From: an uncultured Candidatus Nemicrothrix sp.
Lineage (GTDB): Bacteria; Actinomycetota; Acidimicrobiia; Acidimicrobiales; Aldehydirespiratoraceae
Direction of reading: 5' to 3'
Assembly (NCBI GenBank): GCA_964344055.1
Contig: CAYFLT010000011.1
Span: 1-55,412 of the forward strand
DNA: 55,412 nucleotides
Below are positions 26,379 to 34,660 of this stretch, piece after piece. Each line of letters opens with the position of its first letter. The first letter of the stretch is position 1. The notes below the pieces were generated by a model. The model was not told the origin of the DNA, did not search any database, and worked only from the letters and a program-made list of their open reading frames with translations. The translations under genes were made by a program, and so were the position numbers.

Positions 26379-26410
26379 GGGTCCTTGCTAGCAGAGGCCG
26401 GATCCGGCTG

Positions 26411-26443
26411 TTCAACCCTCGTGCAACCCTCCTGCAACCGCAC
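26411..26443 (+). promoter_or_regulatory. Three tandem 11-bp direct repeats (TTCAACCCTCG / TGCAACCCTCC / TGCAACCGCAC), candidate activator (SARP-type) binding array
   Basis: Read directly. Exact 11-nt phasing; a fourth unit begins TGC. It lies in the 93-nt divergent region between the VOC gene (start 26378) and the HAD gene (start 26472), which heads the co-directional gene run ending in the SARP-domain regulator. Confidence 0.4.
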
Positions 26444-26471
26444 TGCGGGCCAGGTCTCGCATGGTGGCGGC

Positions 26472-27125
26472 ATGCACCAGACAGCAGTCGTTCCCATCGA
26501 AACCGTCATCTTCGACCTCGGCGGAGTCTTCACCCCCTCCCCGATGGCCGCGGCCCGTCGTGCCGCCGTCGATCGGGGAGTTGATCCGGACGGCCTCATC
26601 GACGTGATGCTGGGCGGCTACGGGATCGAGTCCGATCATCCGTGGCAGAAGGTCGAGCGCGGCGAGCTTCCGATCGAGGCCGCCCGACGATGGGCGATGG
26701 CTGAGACGAAGCGGCGCCTCGGCGTGGAGATCGACCCGATGGAGGTCTTGGCGCCGGTGATGGCTGCCCCGGTGAGACAGTCCATGGTCGATCTGGCGAG
26801 GGATCTCCGATCCCGGGGGATCACCCTGGGCCTTCTCACCAACAACGCTCGGGAGTTGCGCTCCGTCTGGGGCTCGCTGACGGATTGGAGCCAGCTGTTC
26901 CACCAGGTCATCGATTCGAGTGAGGCCGGAGTGCGCAAGCCCGATCCCGCCGCCTTCCGGCTCGCGCTCCAGCGGTGTGGGCAGCCGCTCGCAGAGCGGG
27001 CGCTGATGGTGGACGACTTCGAGGTCAACGCCGACGGCGCGCGAGCGGTCGGGATGCACGCGGTGCTGGTCGGCGAAGACCCCGCACCGGCGATCGACCA
27101 GATCAGGGAGATTGTGCCGTGTTGA
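26472..27125 (+). CDS. HAD-superfamily hydrolase
   Basis: Track ORF 25941..27125 trimmed to ATG 26472. Motif I is VIFDLGGV (DxG variant of DxD). Also LLTNN and a distal DD in LMVDDFEVN. Confidence 0.75.
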   Translation: MHQTAVVPIETVIFDLGGVFTPSPMAAARRAAVDRGVDPDGLIDVMLGGYGIESDHPWQKVERGELPIEAARRWAMAETKRRLGVEIDPMEVLAPVMAAPVRQSMVDLARDLRSRGITLGLLTNNARELRSVWGSLTDWSQLFHQVIDSSEAGVRKPDPAAFRLALQRCGQPLAERALMVDDFEVNADGARAVGMHAVLVGEDPAPAIDQIREIVPC

Positions 27126-27289
27126 TCCGATGGCTGGACCGGCTCCTCGAACGCGACACGCGGGCATTCATCGGCGTACTCGACAGCATGAACGCGCTCA
27201 ACGGGGCACCTTCGACCGGCTGGGCGCAGGTTGCCGACCTCGCGAAATCCGACCCGGCTCCGCGGGAACGGGTGCCGGTCGATCGCTAA
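27119..27289 (+). CDS. Possible small protein (about 56 aa) between the HAD gene and the SARP regulator
   Basis: C-terminal part of track ORF 26975..27289: (V)LIRWLDRLLERDTRAFIGVLDSMNALNGAPSTGWAQVADLAKSDPAPRERVPVDR. GTG 27119 and TTG 27122 overlap the HAD stop. By my count about 83 percent of third codon positions are G/C. It fills an otherwise 176-nt gap. Confidence 0.35.
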   Translation: MLIRWLDRLLERDTRAFIGVLDSMNALNGAPSTGWAQVADLAKSDPAPRERVPVDR

Positions 27290-27301
27290 GGTCGGCCCGC
27301 G

Positions 27302-30300
27302 ATGGACATCCGGCTGAGCGGGCGAATCTCGGCCGAGATCGACGGAGTTGAGGTCGATCTCGGCGCCACCAAGAGCCAGGCGGTCGTGGCCGCGCTCGCC
27401 CTGACCCCGGGTAGCCCGGTCAGCACCGCGAGGATCATCGAGCTCGTGTGGGAGGACGATCCGCCTCGAACCGCCGAGAAGACGCTCCAGTCCTACGTGG
27501 CCCGTCTGCGCAAGTCGCTCGGAGACGAAACGATCGAGCGCAGCGGCGATGGTTACCGGCTCACCGTGGATCCCCAGTCGGTCGACCTCGTCGCGTTCGA
27601 GCGCCTTCTCGACGAGGGCCGGAGCGAGGAAGCGCTCACCGTGTGGGCCGGTGCTCCGCTGCCGGGCCTCGGCTCTCGCGGGTTCGGACCGATCTCGACC
27701 CGACTGAACGAGCGTTACCTCGGTGCGGTCGAGTCGGTTCTCGGCGCCGCGATCGACCGTGGCGACGGGCCATCGGAGATCGGCCGGCTGCGTGAGCTCG
27801 TCGCTGAGAACCCGCTGCGCGAAGGCCTGTGGGCCCTTCTGATGCAAGCGCTCTATCAGGCGGACCGTCAGGCCGAGGCGCTCCGGGCCTACGGCGAAGC
27901 CCGTGATCATCTCGTGGAGGGACTCGGTATCGAGCCGGGCCCCTCCCTGCAGGAGCTCGAGCGGCGCATCCTCGAACACGACCCGTCGCTGAAGCCGGAG
28001 GCCGCCGCTGCAGCCTTTTCCCCTGAACCTGCACCCGACAGCCGGTCGTTCCTGTTCACCGACATCGAGGCGTCGACCGAGTTGTGGTCGGCTCACAACG
28101 ACGAGATGGCCGGAGCGACCGCAGACCACGATCGGGTGATCAGAACTGCAGTCGAGGAGCACGGCGGCGAGGTGTTCAAACACACTGGCGACGGATTGCT
28201 GGCATGGCTACCGACACCCTCGGCTTCGGTGAACGCCGCGGTAGCCGCCCAGCTGAAGCTCACCGAGTTGACCGTCGGTGGTCAGCCGCTCGCAGTGCGG
28301 ATGTCGGTCAGCACCGGTCGGGCCGATCAGCGGGACGACGACTGGTTCGGTCCGCCCCTCAACATCGCCGCACGATTGCTCGACGCCGCCCACGGCGGGC
28401 AGATCCTGCTCTCCGGATCGTGCCATCAGGGTCTCGACAACCAGGTTGGCCCTGAGGTGGCGACCGTCGACCTCGGATTGCTCTCCTTGCGGGGGCTCAG
28501 CCGACCGGAACGGGTACATCAGGTCCTGCACCCGGCGTTGCCCCGACGGTTCCCGCCCCTGCGGTCACTCGTCGCCCACCCCGACAACGAACAGCCGGAC
28601 TTCCCGCCCCAACTCGAGTTCCTCCACGCCGTCGACTTCGTCGGTCGTGATCAGCACGTCAGCGCCCTTCACACGCTCTGGCAACGGATCCGGGGCGCAA
28701 ACCGGCCCGGGTTCACCCTCCTCGCGGGAGAGCCAGGCGTCGGCAAGACCCGGCTGGCCGCCGCAGTGGCCGAGTCGCTCCATACCGACGAGGGCGCGGT
28801 AGTCGTGTACGGCCGCTGCGCCGAGGATCACCCGTCGCCCTACCGGCCCTTCACCGAAGCGCTCACTGCCTACGCCGAAGCCCGGTCGGACCCTGAACTC
28901 CGCACCGAGATCGGCGTACGGGGCGACATGGTCACTCCGGTCGTGCCCCATCTCCTCGACCGGTTCGCCGATCTCGAGCGGCCGATCCTCACCGAGGAAG
29001 ATCGCCAGCTCGAGGTCTTCGACGCAGTCTCCTCGTTCCTCCAAGTCGCGTCGTCGTCGCCCCTGGTCATCGTCCTCGACGACATCCACTGGGCCGACCG
29101 AGCCAGCCTCGACCTTCTCCTCCATCTGGTGCGTCACCTGAACACCGGCCGACTGATGGTGATGGCCACCTATCGCGACGTGGAGGTCGACCGCGCCCAT
29201 CCACTCTCGAAGGTGCTCGCCGATCTTCGACGGGAGGAGCGCGTCGAACGACTCGCCGTTCGGGGCGTGGATGAGGTCGAGGCGGTCGCCCTCACCGAGG
29301 CGGTGCTCGGTCACGAACTCTCCGACGCCGGTCGACAGCTCGCAGCCCAGGCCGGCACCGACGCGGCAGGGAATCCCTTCTTCCTGCAGGAGATGCTTCG
29401 CCACTTCATGGAGTCGGGGGTTCTGGTTCGACAGCAGGGTCGGTGGACCGCCGCGGACGCCGCGACCATCCAACGGGCGGTCCCCGAGGGCGTTCGCGAG
29501 GTCGTCGGCCGACGCCTCGATCACGTCTCCGCGGAGACGAACCGGCTCCTCGCCACCGCGTCGGCCCTGATGGACGACATCGACGTCGACCTCCTGATCG
29601 CGGTCAGCGACATGGACGAGGACGACGTCCTCGATCGTCTCGACGAAGCGCTCCAAGCCGGCCTGCTGGTCGATGCGGCCCGACCCGGCCGCTACGAGTT
29701 CTCCCACGCGCTGATCCGCCAGACGCTCTACGGCGAGTTCAGTACCGCGCGTCGGTTGCGCCTACATCGCAAGGTCGGTGATGCGCTGGTCGACACGGGA
29801 CGGTCCGACGACGCGACGGTGAGTGCGATCGCCCACCACTATCTGTCGGCTGCCGCCGCGGCCGACCCGAGTGTGGTCGTCGGGTGGACTCGCAAGGCAG
29901 CCCGTCGGGCGACCGAGCGGCGCGCCTTCGAAGAGGCTCGTGACCTCCTCGACCAGGCTCGCGACACGACCGACGGCAGTCTCGACCCCGATCAGGAGAT
30001 GGTGCTCCTGGGTGCATGGAGCGCGGTCCAGAGCAGGCTGGTGAACCACGACGCCGTCGACGATGCAATGCGCCGGATGAACGAGCTGGTGGACTCAGCA
30101 TCTACTCGGTCGACTGCGGAAGCAGCAGTCGAGTTCAGTCGCAGTCTCATGTCCATCTCGTTCCTCGATGAGTTGGCGGCGACTCTCCGGCGGCTGCTGT
30201 TGGCTCCCGACCTCGCCGACCTCGAACCATCGCTTGCTGCGGCCCTTCTCGTCGAGCGGTACGCGGCCTTTGCGGTCGACGGGCTGCGCGCAGATGAGGT

Positions 30301-31237
30301 GATCGGACGTATCGGCGACATGGACTCGGCCACGCTTGCCAGGTCGTTCACGGTGGCGAACAATCCTCAGCCCCGAGACTCGCTCCTGATTGTCCGCGAA
30401 CACCTGATCCGAGCAGCTGAAGCATCCGGAAGTGCGGCGGTCATGAGCGCGGCCACGCTCTATGGCTTCGTGACCGATCAGATGGCGTGGCGACAGCAGT
30501 CGTTCCCGAGCGTCGAGATCGAGCGGGGCCGCGACCGAGCCGAGATCCTCGCCCTCATACTCCCGGTTGTCGATGCCCAGCGGCGAGGCCGGCTCGATGT
30601 GAGCGCGGATGCCATGGCTCGGATCCGGAATGTGGTCGACCCATCCATCGCGGCGTGGCGGGATCGATGGGCCGACTACGAGATGGACCGGCAGCTTGCC
30701 AACCAGTTGGATCCGCGGTTCTCGCGGCCCGTCGGGCTCCTCAGCGGGATGGTCCCCCATGTGAGGACCGAGCTCGTCGAGGAGAATCGGATCCTCGAAC
30801 TGTTGCAGCACTATCCCTCGTCTTCGCACCTGCTCGTCGCAGCCGAACTGGCCTGGGAAATCGGTGCCAACGGCTTGGCCGAACAGATCGCAGAGATGAC
30901 GGAGCCGATGCGAGGACTGGCGGGGCCGCTGCCAGGCGCTCAGTACGTCCTTGCGGTCGACTATCACCTCGGCTTGCTCGCCGACCTGATGGGCCGACCG
31001 GGCGAGGCGATCGAGCTGCATCTCGGTGCCTTGGACCAGAGCAGTGACGCCGGCTATCTTCTCGACGTCGGCCAGATCGCCTGGCATCTCGTTCGCCTGC
31101 TCGGGGAGCGAGATGGGCCGGGTGATCTCAACCTCGCCCGTCAGGTCGGTGAGGACGCACTCGCTGCGCTCGAGCCGACCCAGCTGGTGCGCCGCAAGCG
31201 CGAGCTCAACGAGGCGCTGGCGACGTTGCCGAGCTGA
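27302..31237 (+). CDS. Multidomain regulator: SARP (winged-helix + BTAD) - class III adenylate/guanylate cyclase domain - P-loop (STAND/AAA) ATPase - TPR-like repeats
   Basis: Track ORF, 1311 aa. SARP: LVWEDDPPRTAEKTLQSYVARLRKSLG and LREGLWALLMQALYQADRQAEALRAYGEAR. Cyclase: SFLFTDIEAST, FKHTGDGLLA, FGPPLNIAARL. Walker A is LLAGEPGVGKTRLA and Walker B is LVIVLDDIHWAD. A long helical C-terminus follows. Confidence 0.85.
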   Translation: MDIRLSGRISAEIDGVEVDLGATKSQAVVAALALTPGSPVSTARIIELVWEDDPPRTAEKTLQSYVARLRKSLGDETIERSGDGYRLTVDPQSVDLVAFERLLDEGRSEEALTVWAGAPLPGLGSRGFGPISTRLNERYLGAVESVLGAAIDRGDGPSEIGRLRELVAENPLREGLWALLMQALYQADRQAEALRAYGEARDHLVEGLGIEPGPSLQELERRILEHDPSLKPEAAAAAFSPEPAPDSRSFLFTDIEASTELWSAHNDEMAGATADHDRVIRTAVEEHGGEVFKHTGDGLLAWLPTPSASVNAAVAAQLKLTELTVGGQPLAVRMSVSTGRADQRDDDWFGPPLNIAARLLDAAHGGQILLSGSCHQGLDNQVGPEVATVDLGLLSLRGLSRPERVHQVLHPALPRRFPPLRSLVAHPDNEQPDFPPQLEFLHAVDFVGRDQHVSALHTLWQRIRGANRPGFTLLAGEPGVGKTRLAAAVAESLHTDEGAVVVYGRCAEDHPSPYRPFTEALTAYAEARSDPELRTEIGVRGDMVTPVVPHLLDRFADLERPILTEEDRQLEVFDAVSSFLQVASSSPLVIVLDDIHWADRASLDLLLHLVRHLNTGRLMVMATYRDVEVDRAHPLSKVLADLRREERVERLAVRGVDEVEAVALTEAVLGHELSDAGRQLAAQAGTDAAGNPFFLQEMLRHFMESGVLVRQQGRWTAADAATIQRAVPEGVREVVGRRLDHVSAETNRLLATASALMDDIDVDLLIAVSDMDEDDVLDRLDEALQAGLLVDAARPGRYEFSHALIRQTLYGEFSTARRLRLHRKVGDALVDTGRSDDATVSAIAHHYLSAAAAADPSVVVGWTRKAARRATERRAFEEARDLLDQARDTTDGSLDPDQEMVLLGAWSAVQSRLVNHDAVDDAMRRMNELVDSASTRSTAEAAVEFSRSLMSISFLDELAATLRRLLLAPDLADLEPSLAAALLVERYAAFAVDGLRADEVIGRIGDMDSATLARSFTVANNPQPRDSLLIVREHLIRAAEASGSAAVMSAATLYGFVTDQMAWRQQSFPSVEIERGRDRAEILALILPVVDAQRRGRLDVSADAMARIRNVVDPSIAAWRDRWADYEMDRQLANQLDPRFSRPVGLLSGMVPHVRTELVEENRILELLQHYPSSSHLLVAAELAWEIGANGLAEQIAEMTEPMRGLAGPLPGAQYVLAVDYHLGLLADLMGRPGEAIELHLGALDQSSDAGYLLDVGQIAWHLVRLLGERDGPGDLNLARQVGEDALAALEPTQLVRRKRELNEALATLPS

Positions 31238-31239
31238 AT

Positions 31240-31257
31240 ACGTCCCCGCGGGGACGT
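31240..31257. repeat. Palindrome family copy 1: ACGTCCCCGCGGGGACGT (terminator-like)
   Basis: Perfect 18-nt palindrome starting 3 nt after the regulator stop codon (31235-31237). Confidence 0.8.
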
Positions 31258-31321
31258 CTCTCGACGGTCAGTCGCGCGGCTCCGGTCGTCGGTTCCCGCC
31301 CGAATCGGCGATGATCGTGCG

Positions 31322-32236
31322 GTGCGCCCCTTCCGCTTCGCTGTCCAACTCGGCCCGTTCCAGGACCCTGATGCGCTCCGGCCGTACGCGAGACGCGTCG
31401 AGGAGCTCGGCTACGAGGAGCTCTACACCGCCGATCACATCGGTGGGGGTGCGGTCGATCCGTTCGTTCCACTGTTGATCGCCGCTGAGGCAACAACCCG
31501 ATTGAGGGTCGGCCCACTCGTACTCAACAACGAGTTCCACCATCCTGCGCTGCTCGCACGGACCGCCGCGTCGATGGATCAGATGACCGGCGGACGGTTG
31601 ATCCTCGGGATGGGGACCGGCTATTCCCAGGCTGAGCACGATGCGATCGGGCTGACACTCCGGCCGCCTCCGTCCAGGGTGGGTCGGTTCGCCGAGTCGC
31701 TCGAGGTTCTACGCCAACTCCTCGGTACCGGAACCTGCTCGTTCTCGGGTGAGCACCACACCGTCGAAATCGACGACCTCGGTCCTCGGCCCGTCAACAC
31801 CATGCCGATCCTGATCGGCGGCAACGGGCGGCGAGTGGTCGGTCTGGCGGGGCGCTACGCCTCGATCTTCCAGATGACCGGACTCTCTTTCGGCCCCGAC
31901 GGCCGGCCCGACAGCGGTGGGTTCCCCGTCGAGAAGTTGGACATTCGCGTGCGATGGTTGGCCGATGCCGCGGGAGAGCGGGATGGTGACATCGAACGAT
32001 CGGCTCTCGTGCAGCTCGCCGCACTCGACGACGCCGTACCGAGTGAGACCGAGATGGTCACTCGCTTCCGGCACGGCGCCGATGTTCTCGCCCATACGCC
32101 ATTCGTCCTGGCCGGCAGTTTCGAGCAGGTGGTCGACAAGCTCGAACGGACCCGGGAACGGCTCGGAATCAGCCACTACGTCATCCGAGACCCCGAAGGT
32201 TTCGCACCCGTCGTCGCCGCGTTGGCCGGTCACTGA
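31322..32236 (+). CDS. Luciferase-like monooxygenase family, probable F420-dependent oxidoreductase
   Basis: Track ORF, 304 aa, GTG start. LLM pattern: RPFRFAVQLGPF, ELGYEELYTADH, GRLILGMGTGY. Confidence 0.75.
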   Translation: MRPFRFAVQLGPFQDPDALRPYARRVEELGYEELYTADHIGGGAVDPFVPLLIAAEATTRLRVGPLVLNNEFHHPALLARTAASMDQMTGGRLILGMGTGYSQAEHDAIGLTLRPPPSRVGRFAESLEVLRQLLGTGTCSFSGEHHTVEIDDLGPRPVNTMPILIGGNGRRVVGLAGRYASIFQMTGLSFGPDGRPDSGGFPVEKLDIRVRWLADAAGERDGDIERSALVQLAALDDAVPSETEMVTRFRHGADVLAHTPFVLAGSFEQVVDKLERTRERLGISHYVIRDPEGFAPVVAALAGH

Positions 32237-32247
32237 CCGAGCAGGAA

Positions 32248-32264
32248 ACGTCCCCGCGGGGACG
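32248..32264. repeat. Palindrome family copy 2: (GA)AACGTCCCCGCGGGGACG(CTTC)
   Basis: Starts 12 nt after the LLM gene stop. The 16-nt perfect core is CGTCCCCGCGGGGACG. Confidence 0.8.
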
Positions 32265-32449
32265 CTTCTGTGGCCGACGGCGAGCAGCCGGGCAAGCTGC
32301 GACTCGGCGGTCCTTCCCTGGACGAGGTGGGTGGGATGGTGATCGCGGCCCTCGACGTGGACGACGAGGAGTCGAGCGCACCGAGTCCTGGTGGGCCCCG
32401 GGTTGCTGCGCCATGGAATGTCTTCCTCGCAGCCATCTACCATCGCGAC

Positions 32450-32812
32450 ATGAGCGACGACGAGCCGGTGGAGGAGTCCGACCGCGGTGACGAGGAGTCC
32501 GACGGCTTCGGTGCTGCGTTGGCCATCCCGATCATCGGCGTGTCGATTCCGCTCGTCGCGGTCTCGATCCCGCTCGTCGCGGTTCTGGGGGCCAGCGGCC
32601 TCGGCGCGATCGTGTTCGGCATCGGCGGTGCGGTGCTGGTCGTACTGGCCATCGGCTGGGTTGTCCGGTCACTGATGAATCACCGACACGAGCTGAGGGT
32701 CAAGGAGCTCGAACTCCAGCTCCGGATCGCCCGGCAGGAGACCGAGAAGCTCGCCGAGGTGAACCGGGTCCTCGAACCGCCTGACCTGTTCAGGGACGAT
32801 TCGGGTTCCTGA
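32450..32812 (+). CDS. Small membrane protein with acidic N-terminus and coiled-coil C-terminus
   Basis: Track ORF 32270..32812 trimmed to ATG 32450 (MSDDEPVEES); the start is uncertain. Contains an exact in-frame tandem duplication VSIPLVA-VSIPLVA (32540-32581). Confidence 0.5.
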   Translation: MSDDEPVEESDRGDEESDGFGAALAIPIIGVSIPLVAVSIPLVAVLGASGLGAIVFGIGGAVLVVLAIGWVVRSLMNHRHELRVKELELQLRIARQETEKLAEVNRVLEPPDLFRDDSGS

Positions 32813-33500
32813 TCCAGAAGATCGGCTGATGCTTCTGCGGATCGGGAGCAGCTGAGTTCACGGCCAGATACTTCTCGAGGTCCTCGGTGAGCCAGTCCTG
32901 GCTCGGCGCCGGCCCGTCGGAGTAGCGGTCCAGAAAGGGCGCCAACCCGAACCGCACGAGCAGCCTCGCAATCGACACCCAGTACCTAAGCCCGGTCCCG
33001 ATCCGATCACCTCGGATGTCGGCAAGCGCTTCGACCAGGTGCTGGTGGAGAACGGGGTGGACCCTGTCGTCGGTGCTGTAGGCGAGTCGGCCGGCGATCT
33101 TCGCTCGATCGTTGATGTCGACCGCGGTGTGGTAGCGGGTCAGCTCCTCGTCTGCGTCGCCGGGAGTCAGCCCTTCCTCGAGCTCTTGGAAGCGCATCAT
33201 CGCTTCGTCGCCGCCGCGGCGATCGCCGAGTCGGTAGAGGCAATTGGCCAGCGCCTCCCACGCCTGATCGTGCTCGGGAACCGACGCAACGGTTGCCCGG
33301 TAGGCGTGGGCGGCATCCTCTAGTCGACCCGCCGCCTGGAGGTCGTCGCCGATCACCAGGTTGAACGAGGCGTAGGCAGGACAGAGCTCGATGGCCTGGC
33401 GATACAGGTCGATGGCGTCGTCGAGCCGTGACTCCTCTCGGGCCAGGTTGCCCTGATCGATGAGCTCATTCGCATGGGTCTGGTCTGCGGACTGATCCAT
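32790..33500 (-). CDS. TPR-repeat protein
   Basis: Track ORF 32790..33686 trimmed to ATG 33500 (MDQSADQTHANELIDQGN), so that it no longer overlaps the divergent dehydrogenase gene. TPR-like: DDAIDLYRQAIELCPAYASF; EDAAHAYRATVASVPEHDQAWEALANCLYRLGD. Confidence 0.65.
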   Translation of the reverse strand: MDQSADQTHANELIDQGNLAREESRLDDAIDLYRQAIELCPAYASFNLVIGDDLQAAGRLEDAAHAYRATVASVPEHDQAWEALANCLYRLGDRRGGDEAMMRFQELEEGLTPGDADEELTRYHTAVDINDRAKIAGRLAYSTDDRVHPVLHQHLVEALADIRGDRIGTGLRYWVSIARLLVRFGLAPFLDRYSDGPAPSQDWLTEDLEKYLAVNSAAPDPQKHQPIFWIRNPNRP

Positions 33501-33530
33501 TCTCCTGTCGTCGGTGAGAGGATCTGTGAC

Positions 33531-34570
33531 ATGAGCACGTGTCGTGGTGTCGTCTTCGCGGGCGACGGTTCGTATGAGATGCGGGACTTCCCGATTCCCG
33601 CGCCGGGCCGCGGCGGCGGCGTCCTGAAGGTCGAGGCGGTGGGGCTCTGTGGGAGTGACATCTCGCAGCTCCACGGTCACAGGCACGTGCCGGGCGAGGT
33701 GTCACCCGTGGTCCCCGGCCACGAGATCGTCGGGCGGGTCCATGCGCTGGCGCCCGATGCCGACTTCGGCGTCGATGTCGGTCAGCGAGTGGGCGTCGAC
33801 CTGGTGCTGTTCGGTGGGCGCGCGGAGGCGGAGCTCGACGTCTACGGCTACACGATCGGAACCGATGTCGACCACGGGCTCTGGGGTGGCTACGGCGAGT
33901 ACATGGGGCTGCTTCCGGGTACCCATCTCGTGCCGCTCACCCCCGATGTTCCTGCCGCCGAGCTCAGCCTGTTCGAACCGCTTGCCAGCATTGTGAGCTG
34001 GTCCGACCTCCTGGGCCTGCACGAGCGTGATCGGCTCGTCATCCAAGGACCGGGTCACATGGGGCTGATCGCGGCCGCATGCGGCGAGCCAGATCGGCGT
34101 GCGCCAGATCATCGTGACCGGAACCTCGGCGGACGCCCTCCGTCTCGACGCGGCGAGAGCCGTCGGAGCCCACGACGCGATCAACGTCGATGAGGAGGAC
34201 GACCTGGTCGGGCGGATCCGGGAGATGACCAGGGGAGGAGCGACCGCCGTGATGGATCTCACGGCCCTCGCAACCCAGCCAGTCGCCGACGCAATCGAGA
34301 TGGCGGCGTTCGGAGGGCGGATCCTTCTGGCCGGGCTCAAGGACGAGCGCCCGGTGGAGATCGTCTCGGACCACATCGTCTTCAAGTCGCTGCGGATCGT
34401 GGCGGGGTCGGGGTCCAACCCCCAGGCCATGGACCGCGCCGGCGAGGCTCCCGAGGGCCGAGGTCGCGGGCGAGACGTACCCACTCGATCGGATCGGTGA
34501 GGCGCTCCAGATGCTGGAGCGGAAGATCCCGGGTCGTGACGCCGTTCGGGTGAGCCTCGTCCACGACTGA
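33531..34570 (+). pseudogene. Zinc-type medium-chain alcohol dehydrogenase/reductase gene broken by two +1 frameshifts (or two sequencing errors)
   Basis: Three consecutive frames carry one MDR protein. Frame a has GLCGSDISQLHG...PGHEIVGRV...VIQGPGHMGLIAAAC. Frame b from about 34083 has ASQIGVRQIIVTGTSADALRLDAARAVGAHDAIN...LKDERPVEIVSDHIVFKSLRIVAGSGSNPQAMDRA. Frame c from about 34440 has ...EVAGETYPLDRIGEALQMLERKIPGRDAVRVSLVHD-stop. Confidence 0.7.
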
Positions 34571-34660
34571 GTGTCCGGCGGTCAACCGGTGGACTCGATT
34601 CCGTCGAGGAGCCATCCGAGGGCGAGCTGGTAGCGCGCCGATGGCAGCGACTCGGGCTCG

